Below are positions 35,097 through 45,224 of a stretch of DNA of 64,000 nucleotides, piece after piece. Every line of letters begins with the position of its first letter. The first letter of the stretch is position 1. The stretch covers positions 3,264,001 to 3,328,000 of the forward strand of contig OZ257142.1 in the NCBI GenBank assembly GCA_965279035.1, written 5' to 3'. The DNA is from Bacteroidia bacterium (lineage in GTDB: Bacteria; Bacteroidota; Bacteroidia; M30B66). Position numbers and translations under genes: made by a program. The notes under the pieces were generated by a model. The model made no database searches. It was not told the origin of the DNA and was given only the letters and a program-made list of their open reading frames with translations.

Positions 35097-36491
35097 CAGT
35101 ACTGTCCGGTTAAAGTTTAAATCAGAAAAAAGGAGCGACCATTTCGATCACTCCTTTTGTGATTATTTTTGAGTTACGACACACCAAAATAATCATGAGT
35201 AAAAGTAAATATTTTACCGGACAGCCGATTTACAGTCAACTCCTTTCTTATCTGCCTCAGACGAAAGTAAAGAACATAGCTGATGAGCATAACGCTGATA
35301 GGTATTATAAGAACTTCAGGACTTATACGCACCTAGTAACGATGCTTTACGCAATCTTTAATCGGTGTACAGGTATCCGAGAAGTGACCTCAGGCCTACT
35401 TGCCTGGGAAGGCAGGATACAGCATTTAGGAATCAACTACTTTCCCAGAAGGAGCACGATTTCAGATGCAAATACCAGTCGACCAGCCGATGTCTTTGAA
35501 GATATTTACTACTGGCTTTATGACCGATACAAGCATTTTTTACCGGACAGCCGAAGTAAAATCGCATCCCGGCTTTATATTGTTGACTCGACAACGATTC
35601 AGTTGTTTCAGGAAGTTTTGAAAAATGCCGGTCGTAATCCCGCCGATGGTAAGCGCAAAGGCGGTATTAAGGTGCATACTTTAATGAGGAGTGATCAAGA
35701 CGTGCCTTGCTTGATAAGGTTCTCTGCTGGAGCTGGAGCCGACAGCCCATTTCTGCAGAACATACACCTGCAACGTGGGTCCATTGTGGTGTTTGATCGT
35801 GGTTATAATGATTACAAGCAATACAACCGTTTCTCGGAAGAAAATGTCACATGGGTGACCCGATTACGAAACAACACCGTGATCAAAGTCCTGCGGGAAA
35901 AGAAAATTTCAGACAAGGAAAAGCAGAACGGAATTTTGCTCGACCAGATTATAGAAATGGGCCACACCAAGCACAATAACAATACACGAGTGAAGGCACG
36001 TCTTATAAAATATGAGGACAAAAAATCGAAGAGGATATTTGAATTCATAACCAATAACAATCAATTCAAACCCTCCTCAATCGCACTGTTTTATAAAAAT
36101 CGTTGGCAGATCGAATCGCTATTTAAGCGTATCAAACAGAACTATCCGATGCAAAGCTTCCTTGGAGAGAGCGAAAATGCGATCAAAATCCAAATCTGGT
36201 GTGCCCTGATCGCTGACCTTGTCTTAAAAATTGTCAAAGCAAGAGCTGGTAAAAACTGGTCGTTTTCAAATCTTGCAGCCATGGTCAGGCTACATTTGAT
36301 GACCTATATCAACCTTTTTGAATTCCTCATCAATCCTGAAAAATCGCTAATTAGAAATCAAATTAAATCCTTTCAACTGCCATTGTTCCCTCCATAGGGG
36401 GCTTTATTTTAAATAAATACCATCAACACCCGCATTTACTGCAACTACAGAAGGTAAATCATGCAATCTCAATTTTAACCGGACAGTACTG
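35097..36491 (+). mobile_element. IS4-family element, copy 1
   Basis: 18-bp inverted repeats CAGTACTGTCCGGTTAAA; 9-bp target duplication ATTACGAAT. Confidence 0.92.
35159..36397 (+). CDS. IS4-family transposase
   Basis: VDST, FDRGY, Y..RWQIE..F..IKQ (YREK). Confidence 0.95.
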   Translation: MIIFELRHTKIIMSKSKYFTGQPIYSQLLSYLPQTKVKNIADEHNADRYYKNFRTYTHLVTMLYAIFNRCTGIREVTSGLLAWEGRIQHLGINYFPRRSTISDANTSRPADVFEDIYYWLYDRYKHFLPDSRSKIASRLYIVDSTTIQLFQEVLKNAGRNPADGKRKGGIKVHTLMRSDQDVPCLIRFSAGAGADSPFLQNIHLQRGSIVVFDRGYNDYKQYNRFSEENVTWVTRLRNNTVIKVLREKKISDKEKQNGILLDQIIEMGHTKHNNNTRVKARLIKYEDKKSKRIFEFITNNNQFKPSSIALFYKNRWQIESLFKRIKQNYPMQSFLGESENAIKIQIWCALIADLVLKIVKARAGKNWSFSNLAAMVRLHLMTYINLFEFLINPEKSLIRNQIKSFQLPLFPP

Positions 36492-36514
36492 ATTACGAAT
36501 TATTAATTATTAAT

Positions 36515-37909
36515 CAGTACTGTCCGGTTAAAGTTTAAATCAGAAAAAAGGAGCGACCATTTCGATCACTCCTTTTGTGATTATTTTTGAGTTACGACAC
36601 ACCAAAATAATCATGAGTAAAAGTAAATATTTTACCGGACAGCCGATTTACAGTCAACTCCTTTCTTATCTGCCTCAGACGAAAGTAAAGGACATAGCTG
36701 ATGAGCATAACGCTGATAGGTATTATAAGAACTTCAGGACTTATACGCACCTAGTAACGATGCTTTACGCAATCTTTAATCGGTGTACAGGTATCCGAGA
36801 AGTGACCTCAGGCCTACTTGCCTGGGAAGGCAGGATACAGCATTTAGGAATCAACTACTTTCCCAGAAGGAGCACGATTTCAGATGCAAATACCAGTCGA
36901 CCAGCCGATGTCTTTGAAGATATTTACTACTGGCTTTATGACCGATACAAGCATTTTTTACCGGACAGCCGAAGTAAAATCGCATCCCGGCTTTATATTG
37001 TTGACTCGACAACGATTCAGTTGTTTCAGGAAGTTTTGAAAAATGCCGGTCGTAATCCCGCCGATGGTAAGCGCAAAGGCGGTATTAAGGTGCATACTTT
37101 AATGAGGAGTGATCAAGACGTGCCTTGCTTGATAAGGTTCTCTGCTGGAGCTGGAGCCGACAGCCCATTTCTGCAGAACATACACCTGCAACGTGGGTCC
37201 ATTGTGGTGTTTGATCGTGGTTATAATGATTACAAGCAATACAACCGTTTCTCGGAAGAAAATGTCACATGGGTGACCCGATTACGAAACAACACCGTGA
37301 TCAAAGTCCTGCGGGAAAAGAAAATTTCAGACAAGGAAAAGCAGAACGGAATTTTGCTCGACCAGATTATAGAAATGGGCCACACCAAGCACAATAACAA
37401 TACACGAGTGAAGGCACGTCTTATAAAATATGAGGACAAAAAATCGAAGAGGATATTTGAATTCATAACCAATAACAATCAATTCAAACCCTCCTCAATC
37501 GCACTGTTTTATAAAAATCGTTGGCAGATCGAATCGCTATTTAAGCGTATCAAACAGAACTATCCGATGCAAAGCTTCCTTGGAGAGAGCGAAAATGCGA
37601 TCAAAATCCAAATCTGGTGTGCCCTGATCGCTGACCTTGTCTTAAAAATTGTCAAAGCAAGAGCTGGTAAAAACTGGTCGTTTTCAAATCTTGCAGCCAT
37701 GGTCAGGCTACATTTGATGACCTATATCAACCTTTTTGAATTCCTCATCAATCCTGAAAAATCGCTAATTAGAAATCAAATTAAATCCTTTCAACTGCCA
37801 TTGTTCCCTCCATAGGGGGCTTTATTTTAAATAAATACCATCAACACCCGCATTTACTGCAACTACAGAAGGTAAATCATGCAATCTCAATTTTAACCGG
37901 ACAGTACTG
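36515..37909 (+). mobile_element. IS4-family element, copy 2 (tandem)
   Basis: Near-identical to copy 1; 23-bp spacer. Confidence 0.92.
36577..37815 (+). CDS. IS4-family transposase
   Basis: Same protein as copy 1 except one N>D change. Confidence 0.95.
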   Translation: MIIFELRHTKIIMSKSKYFTGQPIYSQLLSYLPQTKVKDIADEHNADRYYKNFRTYTHLVTMLYAIFNRCTGIREVTSGLLAWEGRIQHLGINYFPRRSTISDANTSRPADVFEDIYYWLYDRYKHFLPDSRSKIASRLYIVDSTTIQLFQEVLKNAGRNPADGKRKGGIKVHTLMRSDQDVPCLIRFSAGAGADSPFLQNIHLQRGSIVVFDRGYNDYKQYNRFSEENVTWVTRLRNNTVIKVLREKKISDKEKQNGILLDQIIEMGHTKHNNNTRVKARLIKYEDKKSKRIFEFITNNNQFKPSSIALFYKNRWQIESLFKRIKQNYPMQSFLGESENAIKIQIWCALIADLVLKIVKARAGKNWSFSNLAAMVRLHLMTYINLFEFLINPEKSLIRNQIKSFQLPLFPP

Positions 37910-37963
37910 ATTACGAATTATTAATTATTAATTACGAATGGGGGTTACGATAAACGACAAATT

Positions 37964-38146
37964 TTGCATCTGTGTGTGGTGACCTGGGACTTAAGTCCCA
38001 GGGTGCTGATGTTAGAGATTGACATTATCCTGCAAGCATTTTCGTGCTATTGATTGATTTTTCTAAATCTTGCATCTGTGTAAGGTAGCCTCTGACTTAA
38101 GTCCGAGGGTGCTGATAGAGATTGGCAGTATTTAGCAAGCATTTTC
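37964..38146. repeat. Two imperfect ~80-bp repeats with a REP-like palindrome
   Basis: Units 37964-38043 and 38070-38146; CCTGGGACTTAAGTCCCAGG at 37983-38002. Confidence 0.75.
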
Positions 38147-38152
38147 TTGCGA

Positions 38153-38225
38153 CAGGGATTGAAGCCATTACCGCTTGGCGACTGAAAGGAGAAAAGCAGT
38201 AGAGGCGGAAAGCCCGGTAATGGCG
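38153..38225 (+). ncRNA. Flavo-1-like RNA/repeat motif
   Basis: CAGGGATTGAAGC...GCGGAAAGCCCGG ends resemble the Flavo-1 motif as recalled. Confidence 0.45.
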
Positions 38226-38264
38226 AGGTGGAGAGAAGCGGAACCTTGCCATTAGTTGCACAAA

Positions 38265-39131
38265 TTAAAACAATAATATTCCGAGTTTTAAATTGAGATA
38301 TAGACCGAAGTTTAATTTTGTAGCTTTTATATTAGTAAGATAGCTATTTTCATTATTGCTAAATGCAAACAGATTTGCTCCGTTTTTATGGGCAATTAGG
38401 GAGGAAAAAATGTTGTCTGAACTATTTGGAGAGTTTGTGATATTTAAAGATGTTCCAAAATTTAAATCGAGCATCATACGTGAATTTAGCAAATAGTTTT
38501 TCCCACCGCCCATAAATAAGCTAAAGAAAGACACATTTACATCTTTAAAATTAACTCGCCTTACGCCATCATAAATTAATTGCCAAGAATAATCATATTC
38601 ATGAGCATAAATATAAGGTGCATTAAAAGATCCTGATATTATTTGTTTACCTGCTTTAAATCCTAATTGAAAATAACTTCCATAAGGAGCAGATATAGCT
38701 CCTCCACGATAGAAATTCATTGAAAGTCCAAATACCCGTTGCTTTGCAGTAATATGCACATTGGGTTGATATGAAACTTGATGGTTTATTAGTTCAGCTA
38801 AATCATAATTCGAGAATTTTGATTTAATTATCTCTCTATCATAGTTTGGCAGGTATTGATCCCATTTATTATTTGTAGCGCGCTCCATCCAATAGATAAA
38901 ATTTGACCCTTTGAAAATGCCATGAATGGGAGTTTGGGTGATCGAGTAGCTTAGTGCAATGGTAAAACTTCGTGTTACTACAGATTCTAATTCGATGTTT
39001 GTAATGGGGCGACGGATTCCATTAACTATATCTGTTTTTAATAGAAATCGTTTGCCCATAATTCCCACTTGAGAAATAGAAGGGAGTGTGAGAATAGTTA
39101 AAACGAGAATTAGCAAATAGGACTTACGCAT
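38265..39131 (-). CDS. Putative outer-membrane beta-barrel protein
   Basis: Signal peptide; amphipathic strands; terminal LKLGILLF. Confidence 0.7.
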   Translation of the reverse strand: MRKSYLLILVLTILTLPSISQVGIMGKRFLLKTDIVNGIRRPITNIELESVVTRSFTIALSYSITQTPIHGIFKGSNFIYWMERATNNKWDQYLPNYDREIIKSKFSNYDLAELINHQVSYQPNVHITAKQRVFGLSMNFYRGGAISAPYGSYFQLGFKAGKQIISGSFNAPYIYAHEYDYSWQLIYDGVRRVNFKDVNVSFFSLFMGGGKNYLLNSRMMLDLNFGTSLNITNSPNSSDNIFSSLIAHKNGANLFAFSNNENSYLTNIKATKLNFGLYLNLKLGILLF

Positions 39132-39170
39132 AGTGAATGAAAATCGAATGAATATAGATTATTAGATATA

Positions 39171-40191
39171 ACCCGTTGTGCGGTTAAAAAGCCAAAGTAT
39201 GTTTGACCTGGTTTAGAGGTCTTTGATTGATCATATTCAAGTATTGTAGACAAGTGAATGCCCCTATTTTACTAGTGATTCGTGCAAAGAATCCATAAAA
39301 GCTTTTAGCAAAATTCTTTTTAATTGAGAACTGATCACAGAATTGAGAAAAGGTTGTTTCGATTCTTTTTCTTGTTTTGCGATATAGTGGATTCCATTGA
39401 GTTGGTCCAACTTGATTTCCACGCAATGGTGTAATCAATTTTACTGAGTATTCTTTGAATAAACTTAATTGGATGTTTTTCCCAATATAACCTTTGTCCC
39501 CAAGCAAATTTACATTCTCTAAAAACCCTTTTGTCATATCATCTAAAGTCTTTACATCATGCACATTTGCTTGCGTTATAGCGAAATTATTGATTACTGA
39601 ATTTGAGCTAACAACCATATTGAGTTTATAACCAAAATAATGCGTTTTATCAATTGCAGAAAATCCTTTTGCAGGCAAAAAATCAAGATCATCTTTCATA
39701 ATTTTAAGATTACTACAACGAACAAAACGACAAATTGGAAGAGGCATTGAATCTATGATAAAAGTTTCTTCTCCTTCAGAAAGTTCATTACTTAGTTTTT
39801 CAGAGAGCTGATCAATAAAAGGCTGCAAGAATCTTCTGCGTCGATTGAAATTAGTTCTGTCTGGAAGTGTTTTGCAATACTTTGGATATGAATTTCTTAG
39901 AATTGAGAATAGCATGTTTTCAGAATCTATTTGCATTGCTTCTGCTGTAAAAGCCAATGCAACTATCTCAATATCTGAAGCTTTAGGCTGGTTCGAGTAT
40001 CGACGAAAATTTCCATTTGTCAGATTATCAGCGCCATATACTTCGATTAGCAATTGACGAAACTTGGTTATATTCGCTATGAGGTTGTGCATATTAGATT
40101 TGTGTGAGAACTCTTCTAATATACTGTATATCAGTTTAATGCACAACCTTATTTTAAATTAATTATCTACATATTCAACCGCACAACGGGT
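39171..40191 (-). mobile_element. IS982-family element
   Basis: Inverted repeats ACCCGTTGTGCGGTT; about 1.02 kb. Confidence 0.93.
39184..40146 (-). CDS. IS982-family transposase
   Basis: IDSMP, FGYKL, ANVHD, GDKGY and RKRIETTFSQ motifs; likely start MHNL. Confidence 0.95.
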   Translation of the reverse strand: MCIKLIYSILEEFSHKSNMHNLIANITKFRQLLIEVYGADNLTNGNFRRYSNQPKASDIEIVALAFTAEAMQIDSENMLFSILRNSYPKYCKTLPDRTNFNRRRRFLQPFIDQLSEKLSNELSEGEETFIIDSMPLPICRFVRCSNLKIMKDDLDFLPAKGFSAIDKTHYFGYKLNMVVSSNSVINNFAITQANVHDVKTLDDMTKGFLENVNLLGDKGYIGKNIQLSLFKEYSVKLITPLRGNQVGPTQWNPLYRKTRKRIETTFSQFCDQFSIKKNFAKSFYGFFARITSKIGAFTCLQYLNMINQRPLNQVKHTLAF

Positions 40192-40213
40192 TATACTAGT
40201 TAAGAATTTCAAA

Positions 40214-40555
40214 ATGGAAAGGGCTCTAAAAAAACAAAATCTTTTATTTAAAACATATGCAAAAAAAAGGAAATTCTCATTTAAATATATTAAATTAAAT
40301 TATAACTTTTATGAATATTTGAGTGCTCACAACATCCGCACAACTGATTACAATTCAGAAGATCTTTATTTATATAATATGGAATATATCTACTGTATTA
40401 TTCAAGATGTTGTTTTTTCTTCAAAGTATATGTGTTTTATTATTGAAGCGAATTATAAACTTTCTAGAATCACAACTACAACAAAATATATACAATTGCA
40501 ATTGATTAATGGAAAATGGCAAAGTAATATTTTATACACTGTCAGAGGTGGATAA
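40214..40555 (+). pseudogene. 3' part of the interrupted gene
   Basis: In frame with 33877-34012 once the insertion is removed. Confidence 0.7.
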
Positions 40556-40597
40556 AATATCAGAACTTCATAAAGAATGATTAATGAAAATAGAATA

Positions 40598-40629
40598 TTT
40601 CATTGATGTGGTAGTCAACATCAATGAAA
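40598..40629. terminator. Hairpin after the interrupted gene
   Basis: TTTCATTGATGT-N8-ACATCAATGAAA. Confidence 0.5.
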
Positions 40630-41063
40630 ACAATATTGAAAGTAATTCCTCTTGAATTTAAAAAATGTTATTATTTTTATGAATTTATAAAAAGTACATA
40701 TTTCATGACCAAATTTTGTTGAGGAATTTTTAAGGTAACATATGAGATATCAAATTTGATTTATTAAAAAAATTAGACTATTAAATATTGCCCAAATGAT
40801 CGCTAAACCGAAGGCTCATTATACCCAACTTCCTCTAAAAAAAAGAGTTTGAGATTATAAACTCGAATAACCCGAAGTGTCATATTTAAGCCGACGAATT
40901 TGTCAGGATTTGAAAAATCGCTCAAATGAAAATCACAATGAGCGTTCAAGAGCAATAGTAAATGATTTTGAATTTTTATTGAAAATAGTGTTCAAATTGA
41001 AGCAATAGCCTACGTTTAGACACTGTATCTCATTGTCCAAATAATAAACTTAGTTTCGTACAT

Positions 41064-41480
41064 TTGCCCGATTCCGAGTATATGGTTAAGCTTATTGAAC
41101 TTCCTAAAATTATAGATCGAAGAGGTAATTTATCTTTTTTTGAAAATGGAATTCAAATTCCTTTTGAAATAAAGCGTAGTTATTGGATTTATGATGTGCC
41201 GGGAGGAGAAACTCGCGGGGGGCATGCATATAAAACATTGCAAGAAATTGTTATTGCCTTATCGGGTAGTTTTGATGTGCATGTTGAAGGACAAGGATTC
41301 AATAATGTTTATTCCTTAAATCGTTCCTATAAAGCATTGTATCTACCACCAGGAACTTGGAGAAGTCTTCAAAATTTCTCTACGAATGCCGTATGTTTAG
41401 TAGCGGCTTCTGATTTTTATTCTGAGGAAGATTATATTCGAGATTATAATCAGTATAAATCATTCATTCAACATGGTTAA
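41064..41480 (+). CDS. FdtA/QdtA family sugar 3,4-ketoisomerase (cupin)
   Basis: DRRGNL, RGGHAY, YIRDY. Confidence 0.92.
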   Translation: MPDSEYMVKLIELPKIIDRRGNLSFFENGIQIPFEIKRSYWIYDVPGGETRGGHAYKTLQEIVIALSGSFDVHVEGQGFNNVYSLNRSYKALYLPPGTWRSLQNFSTNAVCLVAASDFYSEEDYIRDYNQYKSFIQHG

Positions 41481-41895
41481 CACTTTACCTTCTGTGTACA
41501 ATTGTGAATTGATTTATCTTCCTAAAGTGAAGGATGATCGGGGTAATCTTACTTTTGTTGAGAACTCAAAGCATATCCCTTTTGATGTCAAACGGATTTT
41601 TTATTTGTACGATATTCCAGGTGGAGAAAGCCGAGGTGCTCACGCCCATTATTCTTGTCACCAATTTTTAGTTGCCGTTTGTGGGAGTTTCGAAGTCATC
41701 CTTTTTGATGGTTCTGTGAAACGACAAGTTCAGCTAAATCGACCTTATTTAGGTCTTCATATTCCTCCAGGAATCTGGGCTGAAGAAGTGAATTTTTCTT
41801 CAGGAGCAATATGTTTAGTTATAGCATCTCATGTTTTTGATGCAGATGACTATATTCGAGAAATTGATCAATTTGTAAATTATAGAAATGGCTAA
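41473..41895 (+). CDS. FdtA/QdtA family sugar 3,4-ketoisomerase (cupin)
   Basis: DDRGNL, RGAHAH, DYIR. Confidence 0.92.
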   Translation: MVNTLPSVYNCELIYLPKVKDDRGNLTFVENSKHIPFDVKRIFYLYDIPGGESRGAHAHYSCHQFLVAVCGSFEVILFDGSVKRQVQLNRPYLGLHIPPGIWAEEVNFSSGAICLVIASHVFDADDYIREIDQFVNYRNG

Positions 41896-42955
41896 AATTA
41901 TTATTGCCGGAGCTGGAGGTGCACCATCTGAAGGTGTAATTGATTCACTTTTACTAAGCAAAAAAACGGAAGAAGTTATTGGAATGGGCAGCGAGCCTAC
42001 TGATTTAATTCTATCTGCCGCAAGTAAAAAGTATGTTATTCCTTATGCAAATGACCCAACATATGAGGAAAAATTATTTAAACTCATAAACCACGAAAAG
42101 CCCGATCTGATTCACTTTCAGAACGATCTTGAAATATTCGAAGCTTCGTCAATTAGAGATAAAATACTGAACACAGGGGTTAAACTTTTTATGCCTAGTC
42201 ATGACGTAATTGATACCTGCGTTCACAAATACAAATCGTATTTTAAGTGGAAAGCCGCTGGTGTTCGTGTCCCTGAAAACAAAATGATCCAAGATGAATC
42301 GGATCTAAAAAAAGCATTTGAAACATTGGGGGATGATCAAGGAAGAATTTGGCTGAGAGCGTCTTCCATAGGAGGTGGAGGAAAAGGTGCACTTCCAACA
42401 GCTGATTATGATTTTGCTAAAGGATGGATTGATAATTATAAAGGTTGGGGAGATTTCGTAGCTGCAGAAATGCTCACATCTCAAACTGTAACCTGGCAAT
42501 CAATCTGGTATCAAGGCGAACTTGTAGTTGCTCAAACCAGAAAAAGAATGGGTTGGACACATGGTAATAGAACTTTGTCAGGTGTTACTGGTGTAACCAA
42601 GGTAGGCCTAACATTTTCTGATCCTCAAGTTGACCAAATATCGATGGATGCTATTATGGCTATTGATCCGAAGCCACATGGTATCTATGGAGTAGATATG
42701 GCTTATGATCGTTCAGGCATTCCTAATCCAACTGAAATTAATATATCACGGTTTTTTACAACCATCCTTTTTTTCACCAAGGCTGGTCTCAATATGCCCG
42801 AAATATTTAAAAATATTGCTCTTTATGAAGAGTTTCCTGTTCTAGAGAAAAAAATTAATCCATTACCCGATGGACTAATTTGGCTTCGTGGAATGGATAC
42901 ACTCCCTGTCCTTTCTTCAAATAAAGAAATTGAGAATGAGCTGAATTTTATGTGA
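41888..42955 (+). CDS. ATP-grasp domain protein
   Basis: GAGGAP N-terminus, GGGGKG, GVDM...TEIN. Confidence 0.8.
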   Translation: MAKIIIAGAGGAPSEGVIDSLLLSKKTEEVIGMGSEPTDLILSAASKKYVIPYANDPTYEEKLFKLINHEKPDLIHFQNDLEIFEASSIRDKILNTGVKLFMPSHDVIDTCVHKYKSYFKWKAAGVRVPENKMIQDESDLKKAFETLGDDQGRIWLRASSIGGGGKGALPTADYDFAKGWIDNYKGWGDFVAAEMLTSQTVTWQSIWYQGELVVAQTRKRMGWTHGNRTLSGVTGVTKVGLTFSDPQVDQISMDAIMAIDPKPHGIYGVDMAYDRSGIPNPTEINISRFFTTILFFTKAGLNMPEIFKNIALYEEFPVLEKKINPLPDGLIWLRGMDTLPVLSSNKEIENELNFM

Positions 42956-44523
42956 TTATGGGTAGAATAATAATCACAGGAGCAACTGGTTTTATCGGCA
43001 AGCATTTTCTCAAATTATTTGAAGACGATCAAAGAAGAAAAAAAGCAGATCTAATTCTCATTAGTTCCGATACCATTCCTGGTTACACCTGTGTTAATAG
43101 AAATAGCAAGGATTTTAAGCAGGAATTGAGTGAAGCACTGAATGGTGAAGCTCCCGAAATCATTTTTCACCTTGGCTCCTATACGCCCAAAAGCGGAGCT
43201 GAATCGAACGATCTATATGGAAGTAATGCAAATATTAGTTTTACTCAAGCTCTCATTGAAGCAGTAAAACCGCCTGAACGATTCATTTTCACTAGTACGC
43301 TAGATGTTTATAATTTCAGCACAAGCATTAATGAGCAATCCATTCCCAACCCATCAACACTATATGCTTGCTCAAAAGTATATTGCGAAAACATGCTTGC
43401 TGTATGGGCAAAAAAGCATAAAGTAAATTTTCAGATTTTACGTGTTGGCCATGTTTATGGGGAAGGTGAAGAAGCATACAAAAAGCTGATTCCTACTGCA
43501 ATTGAAGCTTGTCTTTCGGGCAATTCTCCTGAATTATTTACCAATGGAGAAGAATTGCGATCATTTATTAATATCGATGATCTGTGTAAAATGATTTATC
43601 AATCTGCGTCATTAAAACCAGACATTGGACCAATTAATTTGGTTGGTTATGAACCGTTGAAAGTTAAGGATGTAGTGCAGTCAATAATTAATCTAACAAA
43701 TCCTGAACTGCAAATTGTTTTTAAAAATGCTGGGGCAGTTGGAATCAGTACTGTGTTTGATAATTCCAGAACAATTGAATTCTTTGGAAATTCATATACA
43801 TCGTTCCAAGATGGAATTAGCCATGAAATCGCCTATTTTAAGAATAAAATTAACAAGCCAACCAGAAAGATCTATCTCGACCTAGACGGAACAGTCATCG
43901 ATGCAAAGAAGCGATTATATCGACTTTATGTTGATTTAACAGGTTCTTCTATTTCGTTTGAAACATATTGGTTGCATAAACGAGAACAGCGTTCAAATGA
44001 ATGGCTACTTGAGCATTTTGAGAAATATACTGCTTCCCAAATTGAGCTATTTAAATCTGAATGGATGAATCAAATAGAATTAGAAAAATACCTTGCCTAT
44101 GATGAATTGTTTTCATACACTTTAAAAACATTAGAAACACTAAAATCAATTGCTGATTTGATTTTAATCACTGGAAGGCAGTCATATTCAAATCTGATTT
44201 TGCAACTCGAAAATTTAAAAATTTCTAACTATTTTTCTGCTATACTCAATACTGCAAATAAAATTTCAAAAGAAGAAATGCTAATGAAACATTCCCTAAA
44301 TTTTAATCCCGATGATATCATTGCTGGCGACACAGGAATTGAGATATTAGCAGGGAAAAAATTGGGCATTACAACAGTAGCTGTACTTTCGGGTTTCAGA
44401 AATAATACAGCATTAGAAAAATATCATCCCGATTATCTTTTTGAGGGTATCAATCAAATTCCTGAAATTATTACCAAAAAAGTCTCACCAACAAGTTTAT
44501 CACATGAGCGTACATCCCGATAA
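42952..44523 (+). CDS. NAD-dependent epimerase/dehydratase fused to a HAD hydrolase
   Basis: TGATGFIG and YACSK, then DLDGT, ITGR, GDTGIE. Confidence 0.88.
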   Translation: MIMGRIIITGATGFIGKHFLKLFEDDQRRKKADLILISSDTIPGYTCVNRNSKDFKQELSEALNGEAPEIIFHLGSYTPKSGAESNDLYGSNANISFTQALIEAVKPPERFIFTSTLDVYNFSTSINEQSIPNPSTLYACSKVYCENMLAVWAKKHKVNFQILRVGHVYGEGEEAYKKLIPTAIEACLSGNSPELFTNGEELRSFINIDDLCKMIYQSASLKPDIGPINLVGYEPLKVKDVVQSIINLTNPELQIVFKNAGAVGISTVFDNSRTIEFFGNSYTSFQDGISHEIAYFKNKINKPTRKIYLDLDGTVIDAKKRLYRLYVDLTGSSISFETYWLHKREQRSNEWLLEHFEKYTASQIELFKSEWMNQIELEKYLAYDELFSYTLKTLETLKSIADLILITGRQSYSNLILQLENLKISNYFSAILNTANKISKEEMLMKHSLNFNPDDIIAGDTGIEILAGKKLGITTVAVLSGFRNNTALEKYHPDYLFEGINQIPEIITKKVSPTSLSHERTSR

Positions 44524-45205
44524 TTTTGCCAGCTTTTATTCAAACAAGATTCTGCAGATTGATTACCAATTAGCAACCTATTGTTACGAAGCAGCAAAGC
44601 CATTTTTTAACGGAAAAAACTGTTTAGAACTTGGTCCTGCATCTGGCTATATGACTCGTTTTTTAGTGGATGACTTCGAACGTGTAGTTGCTGTTGAAGG
44701 AGCCGCTGATCTAGTAGAAAAGATAGCTGATGCACCTAATCTAGAAAAGGTTTGTAGTTTATTTCAGGATTTTAAAACGGATGAAAAGTTCGATACGATT
44801 ATCTTGAATCATGTACTTGAACACATTGCTGATCCGATTCCTTTATTGAAACAAATTCGTGCTTGGCTTGCACCCGGAGGAAGATTTATTGTTGGTGTTC
44901 CAAATGCGCGTTCTTTTCACCGCATGGTTGCTGTAAAAATGGGCTTGCTCGAAAGTATTTATACACTCAACGAACGTGATCATCAATTAGGTCATCAACG
45001 GGTTTATGATATTGACATGTTAAAAGCACATCTGATAGAAGCCGGTTTTAGTATTTCTAATGAAACAGGTATATTTCTAAAATTTTTGGCAAATGGCCAA
45101 ATTGAACAGTGGTTTTCACAGGAGATGATTCAGGCATTTTTTGAATTGGGTAAAGATTACCCTGAATTATGTGCTGAAATCATGGTGATAGCAACGAACG
45201 AATAA
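44441..45205 (+). CDS. Class I SAM-dependent methyltransferase
   Basis: LELGPASG, HVLEH, LAPGG; likely start MSVHP. Confidence 0.9.
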   Translation: MRVSIKFLKLLPKKSHQQVYHMSVHPDNFASFYSNKILQIDYQLATYCYEAAKPFFNGKNCLELGPASGYMTRFLVDDFERVVAVEGAADLVEKIADAPNLEKVCSLFQDFKTDEKFDTIILNHVLEHIADPIPLLKQIRAWLAPGGRFIVGVPNARSFHRMVAVKMGLLESIYTLNERDHQLGHQRVYDIDMLKAHLIEAGFSISNETGIFLKFLANGQIEQWFSQEMIQAFFELGKDYPELCAEIMVIATNE

Positions 45206-45224
45206 ATTTGAGTGCAAAACGAAA

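Larger units (their letters stand above)
34013..40191. mobile_element. Composite transposon (MITE + IS982)
   Basis: Outer ends ACCCGTTGTGCGGTTGAAT inverted; TATACTAG direct repeat at 34005-34012 and 40192-40199. Confidence 0.8.

Noticed and set aside
37964-38146. Possible mini-CRISPR
   Set aside because: Only two long divergent units; a REP-like palindrome explains them better
40790-40960. ops/JUMPstart-like element before the sugar cluster
   Set aside because: No convincing match to a consensus I can state
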